Both the position numbers and the translations under genes were made by a program. From NCBI GenBank assembly GCA_031277035.1, contig JAISLY010000004.1, forward strand, positions 26,980-90,979: a stretch of 64,000 nucleotides of DNA, written 5' to 3'. The stretch's first letter is position 1. Each line of letters starts with the position of its first letter. The DNA comes from Coriobacteriales bacterium (GTDB lineage Bacteria; Actinomycetota; Coriobacteriia; Coriobacteriales; UBA8131). This document shows, in pieces, positions 36,413 to 45,183 of the stretch. Below the pieces are notes generated by a model that was not told where the DNA came from, searched no databases, and worked only from the letters and a program-made list of their open reading frames with translations.

Positions 36413-37458
36413 GCACGAGGAGGGACAGACGCCGTGTCGTCGTCGCGCTCGGCGGTAACGCGCTCGGCGACAATCTTGACGAGCAGATGCGCGCGGCCCA
36501 GATTGCGGCAAATGCCATTGTCGAGATCGTCGAGGCGGACTGGGAGCTCGTCCTCGTGCATGGCAACGGCCCGCAGGTGGGCATGATTGAGACCGCCTTT
36601 GAAGTCGCCGCCCGCGTCGAAGCCGACCGAGTCCGCGCCGAGGCCCGCGCCGAGCCCCGCGCCGAGCCCGCGCCCACGCCCACCGGCGCCACGCCCGCGC
36701 CCACGTCAGCGCCCCGGCCGCAGACCGCCTTCTCCGTCCTGCCGATGTCGGTCTGCGTCGCGCTCAGCCAGGGCTACATCGGCTACGACCTGCAAAATGT
36801 CCTGCGTCGCACCTTCGAAGTGCGGGGCCTTTCCACGCCGGTGGCGACGATTATCACCCAGGTGCTCGTCGACCCCAACGACCCGGCCTTTCACAACCCC
36901 GCCAAGCCGATTGGCGGCTTTATGAGCGAAGCAGAGGCCGCTCATCTGCGCTCAGAAGGCGTTGCCGTGATGGAGGACAGCGGACGCGGCTGGCGGCGCG
37001 TCGTCGCCTCGCCCGAGCCCGTGGACATTCTTGAGGCCAAGACGGTACAGGCGATGCTTGCGGCGGGGCAGGTACCTATCGCCTGCGGCGGCGGCGGCAT
37101 CCCGGTCGCGCTGATTGAGGGGCGCTATCATGGACAGACAGCGGTTGTGGACAAGGACCTTGCCGCGGCCAAGCTGGCCGAGTGCATCGACGCCGACCTT
37201 CTCATCATCCTGACCGCTGTCGAGCAGGTTTACCTTGACTTTGGGACCTCGTCACAACGCGCGATTGACCGGATGGATGTCGAGGAAGCCGAGCGCCTGC
37301 TTCTTGCGGGGCAGTTTGCGAAAGGCTCGATGGAGCCGAAGATTGAGGCAGCCGTGCGCTTTGTGCGGTCGGGCAGAGGCCGCGAGGTCGTAATCGCTGA
37401 TCTCAGGCAGGCACGGGCCGCTATCGAAGGCGCGGCGGGCACGCGGATTGTCGCGTAG
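36409..37458 (+). CDS. arcC: Carbamate kinase with a repeat insertion
   Basis: VVALGGNALG, HGNGPQVG, GGGGIPV and VVDKDLAAA motifs. Confidence 0.9.
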   Translation: MSTRRDRRRVVVALGGNALGDNLDEQMRAAQIAANAIVEIVEADWELVLVHGNGPQVGMIETAFEVAARVEADRVRAEARAEPRAEPAPTPTGATPAPTSAPRPQTAFSVLPMSVCVALSQGYIGYDLQNVLRRTFEVRGLSTPVATIITQVLVDPNDPAFHNPAKPIGGFMSEAEAAHLRSEGVAVMEDSGRGWRRVVASPEPVDILEAKTVQAMLAAGQVPIACGGGGIPVALIEGRYHGQTAVVDKDLAAAKLAECIDADLLIILTAVEQVYLDFGTSSQRAIDRMDVEEAERLLLAGQFAKGSMEPKIEAAVRFVRSGRGREVVIADLRQARAAIEGAAGTRIVA

Positions 37459-37650
37459 GCAGGGCGACCGGCAAGCGGGCACGCGGATTGTTGCGTAGGC
37501 AGGGCGACCGGCAAGCGGGGCGCGTAAACACCGGAGGGGCGCGCGACCGGCAAGCGGGGCGCGTAAACGCCGGAGGGGCGCGCGAACAACAAGCGGGCGC
37601 GTGCACACCGGAGGGGCGCGAACAACAAGCGGGGCGCGTGTCATCTAGGA
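37447..37650. repeat. ~39-40-bp tandem array x5 whose first unit is the last 12 nt plus stop codon of arcC
   Basis: gggcacgcggattgtYgcgtaggcagggcgaccggcaagc occurs twice. Three progressively diverged units follow (ggggcgcgtaaacRccggaggggcgcg...caagc). Confidence 0.9.
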
Positions 37651-37663
37651 GAAAGGCACTACG

Positions 37664-40600
37664 ATGAGCGAAATCATGCGGCCGATGTCTTTCAGCGAGC
37701 TGATGGAGCATGCGCTGAGCGACTACGAACACTCAGGCGCTCTGTTCGGCGTACGGCCGGACAAGTTCTATCGCGCCGACGGACGAGAAGCAAGCCCCCG
37801 CACCCTCTTTGGCCTGCCGCTGGCCACACCCATCGGCCCTGCCGCCGGCCCAGGCTCGCAACTGGCCGGCAACATCCTTGCCGCCTACCTTGCAGGCGCG
37901 CGTTTCATCGAGCTCAAGACCGTGCAAACGATGGACGGCGATGAGCTGCGCGCCGCGGTGGCGCGTCCCTGCATCAATGCGACCGACGAGGGCTACAACG
38001 TCGAATGGTCCACCGAACTGACGGTGCAACAGGCGCTGGAGCAATATATCTACGCCTGGCTTGCGGTGTCTGCGTTTGGCATTGAACTCGACCTTCCCGC
38101 CGGCGTCATCTTCAATATGAGCGTGGGTTACAGCCTTGAGGGCATCCAGTCAACAAAGGTGGATTCCTTTTTGGAGGGCATGAAGAACGCCTCTGAGACA
38201 GCGGCCTGGGCTGAAGGCATCGACTGGCTGACGCGCAACATCGGGCGCTTCTCACGTCTGCGGCAGGCCGATGTGCAGGCCATCACGCCGCATATCTCAA
38301 ACAGCGTAACCCTCTCGACCCTGCATGGCTGTCCGGCTGATGAGATCGAGCGCATCGCGCAGTATCTTTTGACGGAAAAACGCCTGCACACCTCTGTGAA
38401 GTGCAACCCGACCCTGCTTGGCTATGACACGGCCCGTGCGCTGCTTGACGGTCTGGGCTATGACTATGTGGACTTTGACGAGCATCACTTTGTTGAGGAT
38501 CTGCAATTCGACGACGCGGTGGCGATGTTCGGTCGGCTCATGGCGCTCAGCGCGGCGTCGGGCCAGGCCACCGGTGCCAAGATAACGAACACCTTCCCCG
38601 TGCGGATACTGCGCGGGGAGCTGCCCGGCGAGGAGATGTATATGAGCGGGCGGGCCCTCTTCCCGCTCTCGATTACCGTGGCTGCCCGGCTTGCCGCCGC
38701 GACAGGCGGGCGTCTGCCCATTTCCTATTCGGGCGGTGCCGACGCCTTTAATCTCACGGCAATCCTTGAGACGGGCATCTTTCCGGTGACCATGGCGACG
38801 ACCCTGCTCAAGCCCGGCGGCTACGAACGGCTGCATCAACTGGCAGGGATTGCGACGGCATGCGTCCCCACCGTGGCCCGGCCTGGCAGCTCCGAGACCC
38901 CGGACACCCCGGGTCGGTCTGGCAGCTCCGAGAACCCGGACAGCCCAGGCCGGCCTGGCAGCTCCGCGTCCGACACCTCGCTCGACGTTGCGGCCCTTGA
39001 GGCCCTCGCAATCCGCGTGACACAGGCCTCTGGCGACGACGTGCTCTCCCGTCATCGCAAGGCGTATCGGGCCACAGGCACCGCCGCCGCAACTTCCGCA
39101 GCTTCCACCACCACCGCAACTTCCACAACTTCGCCCGCATCGCCGCACGCACCTTCCGCAACTTCCGCAGCTTCCACCATCACCACCGCAACTTCCGCAG
39201 CTTCTGCGGCCGCGCACGCAACTGCGCACACGACGTCGCGCAAGTCGGCCGAGCCGCTGCCTCTGTTCGACTGCGCCCAGGCGCCCTGCGCACATCCTGC
39301 AGCGAGCGGCGGTTGTCCCATCGAGCAACAGATTGGCGCCTATCTTGAGCAGGTTGCGAAGGGCGACTGGGCGCAGGCCTTCTCCATCATCGTCAACGAC
39401 AACGTCCTGCCCTCGATAACGGGCGCCATCTGTGACCACCAGTGCCAGAATCGCTGTACGCGCCTGGACTGCGACGACCCGCTCCTCATCCGGGCCGCCA
39501 AGAAGGCCGCCGCCGCCGAGGCTCAGTCCGCCCATATCGCCGCCCTTGCAGCTGGCTCTGCCCCCGCCCTGCAAAGCAGCGCGCGCGTACTCGTCATCGG
39601 CGCCGGCCCGGCCGGCCTGGCGGCGGCGGCCTATCTGCGCCGCAACGGTGTGGCGGTTGAGGTGCGTGAACAGCGTGCGCGTCCGCTGGGCGCTGTTGCT
39701 GCAACCATCCCCTCCTTTCGCATCAGCGACGAGGAACTGGCGCTGGATGCGGCCCTTATCGAGGCCTGGGGTGTCAGCGTTGAGTATGGTGCCAATCCCG
39801 TCTACGACCTTGCGGCGCTCAGGGAGCACTACGACTTCGTCATTATCGCCACCGGTGCTCAGGGGCAGGGACGAAGCGATCTTGTGCCCGATGGCGAGCG
39901 GGTCTTTGACGCGCTGGACTTCCTTGAACGCTCCAAAGCCACCGGCCTTACGCTTGAGCTTGGTCGACGCGTGGCGGTCATTGGCGGCGGCGATGTGGCC
40001 ATGGACTGCGCGCGCGCGGCCGCTCGCAATGTGGGCGTTTTGGAGGCCGTGGTTGTCTATCGACGCACCCGCGCCCAGATGCCGGCCCAGCGCGAGGAGC
40101 TCGAGGCGGCCTGGGCCGAGGGCGTGCGCTGTATCGAACTGCACGCGCCACGCGCCTTTGACAAGGGCATACTGAGCTGCGATGTCATGGAACTGGGCGC
40201 GGTGGATGCCAGCGGACGTCGCGGAATCATACCCTGTGGACAAAGGGCCGAGCTTGCCTTTGACACCGTGATCAACGCGGTTGGCGCCGTCGTGGACTAT
40301 GAGCCGATGGTCGCCTGCGGCATCGAGTTTGAGGAGAACGGCCGTCCGCGCCTGAGCGCGACCAACGAAAGTTCCCTTCCCGGCGTCTATCTGGCTGGCG
40401 ATTGCAAGGCGGGGCCCAAGACGGTCATCAAAGCGATGGCCGACGCCAAGCTCGTCGCACGCGACATTCTCGCGCGTCTCGCACTGAGTTCCGATTTTCG
40501 CGCATTTGAACTTGAGGCCTGTCGCGAGGAACTTCTCACGAAGAAAGGTGTCCTCAGGGCCGCTGCCTCAGGAGATGCCCGCCTGGATGCCCGCCGTTGT

Positions 40601-41029
40601 CTGGGATGCGGAGCGGTCTGCGAGATATGTGTGGACGTCTGCCCCAACCGTGCGAATACGGTTCAGGCCGGGCAGATTCTTCACCTCGACCGGCTGTGTA
40701 ACGAGTGCGGCAACTGCGGCGTCTTTTGCCCGACGGGCGGGGATCCCTATCGGGACAAACTCACGCTGTTTTCCACGGAGGAGGATTTTTCTCACAGCGA
40801 TAACCGCGGCTTCTTGCCTCTGGCCCACGGAGGGTATAAGCTGCGCCTTGAAGATGGCCGGATTATCGAAGCAGGCCTTGATGATCCTGCCGTGCCCTCA
40901 TCGTTTGTCGTGACGATACGCGCCGCGCTCAGCCACGCAGAAACAGGGCATACGGGAGGCCTGCATACCGCCGAGGGACCTGCGGGAAGTCTACACGTCG
41001 GCACGACACGGACAGGAGGCCTGGGATGA
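37664..41029 (+). CDS. ygfK: YgfK-family oxidoreductase (DPD-like domain + FAD/NAD(P) domain + 4Fe-4S), so-called putative selenate reductase subunit
   Basis: N-terminus MSEIMRPMSFSELMEHAL, VIGAGPAGLAAA dinucleotide fold, C-terminal Cys clusters CxxCxxxCxxC and CNECGNCGVFCP. Two long low-complexity insertions. Confidence 0.85.
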   Translation: MSEIMRPMSFSELMEHALSDYEHSGALFGVRPDKFYRADGREASPRTLFGLPLATPIGPAAGPGSQLAGNILAAYLAGARFIELKTVQTMDGDELRAAVARPCINATDEGYNVEWSTELTVQQALEQYIYAWLAVSAFGIELDLPAGVIFNMSVGYSLEGIQSTKVDSFLEGMKNASETAAWAEGIDWLTRNIGRFSRLRQADVQAITPHISNSVTLSTLHGCPADEIERIAQYLLTEKRLHTSVKCNPTLLGYDTARALLDGLGYDYVDFDEHHFVEDLQFDDAVAMFGRLMALSAASGQATGAKITNTFPVRILRGELPGEEMYMSGRALFPLSITVAARLAAATGGRLPISYSGGADAFNLTAILETGIFPVTMATTLLKPGGYERLHQLAGIATACVPTVARPGSSETPDTPGRSGSSENPDSPGRPGSSASDTSLDVAALEALAIRVTQASGDDVLSRHRKAYRATGTAAATSAASTTTATSTTSPASPHAPSATSAASTITTATSAASAAAHATAHTTSRKSAEPLPLFDCAQAPCAHPAASGGCPIEQQIGAYLEQVAKGDWAQAFSIIVNDNVLPSITGAICDHQCQNRCTRLDCDDPLLIRAAKKAAAAEAQSAHIAALAAGSAPALQSSARVLVIGAGPAGLAAAAYLRRNGVAVEVREQRARPLGAVAATIPSFRISDEELALDAALIEAWGVSVEYGANPVYDLAALREHYDFVIIATGAQGQGRSDLVPDGERVFDALDFLERSKATGLTLELGRRVAVIGGGDVAMDCARAAARNVGVLEAVVVYRRTRAQMPAQREELEAAWAEGVRCIELHAPRAFDKGILSCDVMELGAVDASGRRGIIPCGQRAELAFDTVINAVGAVVDYEPMVACGIEFEENGRPRLSATNESSLPGVYLAGDCKAGPKTVIKAMADAKLVARDILARLALSSDFRAFELEACREELLTKKGVLRAAASGDARLDARRCLGCGAVCEICVDVCPNRANTVQAGQILHLDRLCNECGNCGVFCPTGGDPYRDKLTLFSTEEDFSHSDNRGFLPLAHGGYKLRLEDGRIIEAGLDDPAVPSSFVVTIRAALSHAETGHTGGLHTAEGPAGSLHVGTTRTGGLG

Positions 41030-42366
41030 GCACCTTGATCACCAACGCGACCCTCATCACACGCGACGCGCAGGACACGGTCATACCCGACGGAGGTGGA
41101 GCCCTCGCCTTTGAAGGAGCGCTCATCACCGATGTCGGTTCTGCGGCTGAGCTGGAGGCGCGCTATCCCGAGGCCGAGCGCATCGACGCCCGGGGACGTC
41201 TGGTCATGCCCGGCCTTATCAACACCCATATGCACTACTACTCCACCTTTGCGCGCGGCATCGACTTTGGCTCTCGGCCCGCGACCACCTTTGGCGAGGT
41301 GCTCAGTGGGCTGTGGTGGCGGCTCGATAAGATGCTGACGCTTGAGGACGTGTATTACAGCGCCGTGGGCCCGATGATTGACTGTGTGCGCAATGGCGTG
41401 ACAACGGTCATCGACCACCATGCAAGCCCGAGTTCCGTACGCGACAGCCTGCTGGTCATTGCAAAGGCTGCGCAGCGGATTGGCATACGTTCCAACCTCT
41501 GCTACGAGGTAAGTGATCGGGATGGCGAGGAGGTCGCGAAGGCGGGCATTGCAGAAAACGCCGCATTCGTGCGCAGCTGTCAGCAGGCCAACGACGACAT
41601 GCTGCGAGGGCTTATGGGCGTGCACGCACAGATGACCATCTCGCAGCCTACGATGGACGCGCTTGTCGCTGAGGCCGAGAGTCTGGGCGTCGGCTATCAC
41701 ATCCACGCGGCCGAGGGTATCGAGGACGTGGTGAACTCGCTTGGCACATACGGGCGCCGCGTTATCGAGCGGCTCTCCGATAACGGCATCCTCAACGAAC
41801 GCTCGATTGTCGTGCACTGCGTGCAGGTGCTCGACGAGGAGATTGAGCTGCTCGCGCACAGCGGGGTGGCGGTTATCAACAATCCGGAGAGCAACATGAG
41901 CAATGCCGTGGGGGCCTCGCCGGTTCTTAAAATGCTCGCTGCCGGCGTGCTTGTGGGCATGGGCACCGACGGCTACTGCACCGACATGACCGAGAGTCTG
42001 CGCGGCGTGCATGCGCTGGTCAAACACGAAGCGCGTATCCCCTCGGTGGGTTGGGCCGAGCCGCCCCGCATGCTCTTTGAGAACAACCGCACAATCATAA
42101 ACCGCCTGCTCGTCAACGGCCATACCGGAGTGCTTGAGCCGGGGGCGTACGCAGACCTCATCATCGTCGATTACGAGGCACCCACACCGGTGAGCGCAAA
42201 GACCATAAACAGTCACATCCTGTTTGGCGTCATGGGACGCTCTGTGGCCACAACCATCATAAACGGGCGTATCGTGATGCGCGAACGCGAGCTGGTCGAT
42301 ATTGACGAGGAGAAGATCATGGCGGTCTCGCGCGAGCAGGCTGCCCGTCTGTGGAGCAGGATCTGA
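41026..42366 (+). CDS. ssnA: SsnA-family amidohydrolase
   Basis: PGLINTHMHYYSTFARG, HAAEG, and HCV...GTDG metal ligands. Confidence 0.85.
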   Translation: MSTLITNATLITRDAQDTVIPDGGGALAFEGALITDVGSAAELEARYPEAERIDARGRLVMPGLINTHMHYYSTFARGIDFGSRPATTFGEVLSGLWWRLDKMLTLEDVYYSAVGPMIDCVRNGVTTVIDHHASPSSVRDSLLVIAKAAQRIGIRSNLCYEVSDRDGEEVAKAGIAENAAFVRSCQQANDDMLRGLMGVHAQMTISQPTMDALVAEAESLGVGYHIHAAEGIEDVVNSLGTYGRRVIERLSDNGILNERSIVVHCVQVLDEEIELLAHSGVAVINNPESNMSNAVGASPVLKMLAAGVLVGMGTDGYCTDMTESLRGVHALVKHEARIPSVGWAEPPRMLFENNRTIINRLLVNGHTGVLEPGAYADLIIVDYEAPTPVSAKTINSHILFGVMGRSVATTIINGRIVMRERELVDIDEEKIMAVSREQAARLWSRI

Positions 42367-42368
42367 GC

Positions 42369-45161
42369 ATGAAAATCACGGTCAACGGCGTAGCCTGTGA
42401 CATACCGGAGGGACGATCGCTCCTGCGCTTTCTGCGTGACGAGCTGCGCCTGACTTCGGTCAAGGACGGATGCAGCGCGGGCGCCTGCGGAAGCTGCACG
42501 GTGCTGATCAACGGGGTGGCCGCGAAGAGTTGCGTGAAGGCTGCCAAGCATCTGCAAGACGCCGAGATTCTGACCGTTGAGGGCCTGAGTGAGCGCGAGC
42601 GCGAGCTCTACGTGCGTGCCTTTGGCGAGGCCGGCGCCGTTCAGTGTGGCTTTTGTATCCCCGGGATGGTGCTCGCCGCCAAGGGCCTGCTCGACGCGAA
42701 TCCTGCGCCCACCCGCGTGGAGGTCAAGCAGGCCATCGACGGCAATATCTGTCGCTGCACCGGTTATGTGCGTATCGAAAAGGCCATTCTGCTCGCCGCC
42801 AGCTTTCTGCGGGAGGGCGGCGCGGCGGGCGGCGCGGCGGGCGCGGCTTTGGGGGAGGCGGCGGGCGCGGCTTTGGGGGAGGCGGCGGGTGCCGTGTCGG
42901 GTGCGGCTTTGGGCGGAGCGCCACGCAGCGGCGTTGGCGCCGATGTGCCCCGGCCCGACGTGCGCGAAAAAGTGCTCGGCACGGGCATCTTTGGCGATGA
43001 CCTCTTCTTTGAAGGCATGCTCTACGCCAGGGCGCTCAGGGCACCTGCGCCGCGCGCCCTCATCCGCGCCATCCATACCGGGCAAGCCGAGCAGCATCCC
43101 GACTGTGTGCGCATTCTCACCTCAGGCGACGTGCCGCACAACAAGATTGGCCATCTGAAGCAGGATTGGGACGTGATGATCCCCGTGGGGAGTGAGACGC
43201 GCTACATCGGCGATGCCCTGGCGCTTGTGGTCAGCACGCGAGCAGAAAGCCTCGACGCCATCATCAGGCTCATCGAGCTGGACTACGAGGAACTGCCTCC
43301 CGTGACCAGCCCGGCCGACGCCCTGCGTGACGGGGCGCCGCTCATTCATGAGGACGGCAACGTCATGGCTCGAGAACATCTGCGCCGTGGCGACGTGGAT
43401 GCGGCAATCGAGGCAGCCGCGCACGTTGTGACCCGCAGCTATTACACGCCGCACAACGACCATGCCTTCATGGAGCCCGAATGCGCCGTGGCCGTACCCA
43501 CCTTTGATGAGGAGGGCAGGCGCGGGCTGCGTCTGTATACGGGCGGGCAGAGTGTCTACGACGACCGGCGCGAGACGGCTACCATGCTCAAGATGCCGCT
43601 CGAAGACATCCACGTCATCTCAAACCTTGTTGGCGGCGGCTTTGGCGGCAAGGAGGATATGAGCGTGCAGCATCACGCCGCTCTTGCGGCCTGGCACACC
43701 GGGCGGCCGGTGAAGGTGAAATTCAGCAGGCAGGAAAGCATCGAGTATCACACGAAGCGCCACGCGATGGAGATGGAGTTCACGACCGCCTGCGATGCGG
43801 ATGGGTATCTCACGGCGATGAAAGCCTCAATCATTGCCGATACCGGGGCCTACGCTTCGCTGGGCGGCCCGGTGCTGCAACGCGCCTGCACACATGCCGC
43901 CGGGCCCTACCAGCTGCACAATGTGGACATCCTGGGGATTGCGGTCTATACGAACAACGTGGTCAGCGGGGCATATCGCGGTTTTGGCGTGACCCAGAGC
44001 TGCTTTGCGATGGAAAGCAATCTCAACCTGCTGGCCGAACAGGTGGGCATCTCTGCCTGGGAGATACGCTATCGCAATGCCATCCGCCCCGGCCAGGTGC
44101 TGCCCAACGGGCAGATTGCCGAGGAGAACACGGCGATGGTAGAAACGCTCCAGGCGCTGCGCGAGACCTTTGAATCATCGCCGCGTGCGGGCATCGCCTG
44201 CGGCTTTAAGAACAGCGGCAAGGGCATCGGGCTTGTGGACACCGGGCGCTGCGTGCTCTCGGTTGAGGGCGGTATGGTGCACGTGCGCACGTCGGCAGCC
44301 TGTATGGGGCAGGGCATTGCCACGGTCTGCATGCAAATGGTCAGCGAGCTGACAGGCCTGCCCCCCTCCCTGATTGTGCACGAGGCGCCCGACACCGTGC
44401 GTACGCCCGATGCCGGAACCTCGACCGCCTCACGCCAGACGGTGCTCACGGGCGAGGCCACCCGCCGCGCCGCGCTCGCGCTGTGCCGCGCGCTTGAAGC
44501 GGCGCAGGGAGCGGGCGCGAATGCGGGTGCGGGTGCGCCCGGCGGTGCGCAGGGAGCGGGTGCGGCTGCGGCTACGGGTGCGCAGGTTGCGGGCGGTGCG
44601 TCCGGCGGTGCGCAGGTTGCGAGTGCGGGTGCGAATGATCCCACCGAAGCCCTTGCCGCTCTCGAAGGCCAGGAGTTCTCCGGCGAGTTCTCACCGGTCA
44701 CTGACCCGATGTCCTCCCCCGCGCCCAATCCCGTCAGCCACGTCTCCTACAGCTATGCGACGCAGGTGGTGCTGCTTGACGAGGAAGGCCGCCTGGAGAA
44801 GGTCATCGCCGCCTACGATGTGGGTACGCCCGTAAACCCCTCCTCCTGCGCCGGGCAGATTGAGGGCGGTATCGTCATGGGCCTTGGCTTTGCGCTCACC
44901 GAGGACTTTCCCATCGAGGGCGGTCGTCCCAAGGTGCGCTACAAAACGCTCGGCCTGCCGCGTGCGACGCAGGTGCCGCCCATCGAGGTGCGCTTCGTAA
45001 CGATTGATGCGGCGCGGCGTCTGCCCTATGCCTTTGGCGCGAAGGGTGTTGGCGAACTGTGCCTCATCCCCACTTCGCCTGCCGTTGCGCATGCCTATTA
45101 CCGACTGGATGGACAGTTCCGCACCAGACTTCCCTTGCGAGACACGTATTATGGGAAGTGA
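42369..45161 (+). CDS. xdhD: XdhD-like molybdenum hydroxylase, fused [2Fe-2S] + molybdopterin-binding domains
   Basis: CSAGACGSCTV and CGFCIPG...CRCTGY, then GGGFGGKED, YRGFG and GAKGVGE. Two Gly/Ala insertions. Confidence 0.85.
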   Translation: MKITVNGVACDIPEGRSLLRFLRDELRLTSVKDGCSAGACGSCTVLINGVAAKSCVKAAKHLQDAEILTVEGLSERERELYVRAFGEAGAVQCGFCIPGMVLAAKGLLDANPAPTRVEVKQAIDGNICRCTGYVRIEKAILLAASFLREGGAAGGAAGAALGEAAGAALGEAAGAVSGAALGGAPRSGVGADVPRPDVREKVLGTGIFGDDLFFEGMLYARALRAPAPRALIRAIHTGQAEQHPDCVRILTSGDVPHNKIGHLKQDWDVMIPVGSETRYIGDALALVVSTRAESLDAIIRLIELDYEELPPVTSPADALRDGAPLIHEDGNVMAREHLRRGDVDAAIEAAAHVVTRSYYTPHNDHAFMEPECAVAVPTFDEEGRRGLRLYTGGQSVYDDRRETATMLKMPLEDIHVISNLVGGGFGGKEDMSVQHHAALAAWHTGRPVKVKFSRQESIEYHTKRHAMEMEFTTACDADGYLTAMKASIIADTGAYASLGGPVLQRACTHAAGPYQLHNVDILGIAVYTNNVVSGAYRGFGVTQSCFAMESNLNLLAEQVGISAWEIRYRNAIRPGQVLPNGQIAEENTAMVETLQALRETFESSPRAGIACGFKNSGKGIGLVDTGRCVLSVEGGMVHVRTSAACMGQGIATVCMQMVSELTGLPPSLIVHEAPDTVRTPDAGTSTASRQTVLTGEATRRAALALCRALEAAQGAGANAGAGAPGGAQGAGAAAATGAQVAGGASGGAQVASAGANDPTEALAALEGQEFSGEFSPVTDPMSSPAPNPVSHVSYSYATQVVLLDEEGRLEKVIAAYDVGTPVNPSSCAGQIEGGIVMGLGFALTEDFPIEGGRPKVRYKTLGLPRATQVPPIEVRFVTIDAARRLPYAFGAKGVGELCLIPTSPAVAHAYYRLDGQFRTRLPLRDTYYGK

Positions 45162-45183
45162 GTTATCCGGAGGGGGAGTGGTC

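Noticed and set aside
24677-45161. In-frame TGA (selenocysteine) codons within the selenium-associated purine cluster genes.
   Set aside because: All cluster ORFs are continuous without internal stops, and the spacers contain repeats rather than split genes. The selenium link for this family is a labile cofactor, not Sec.
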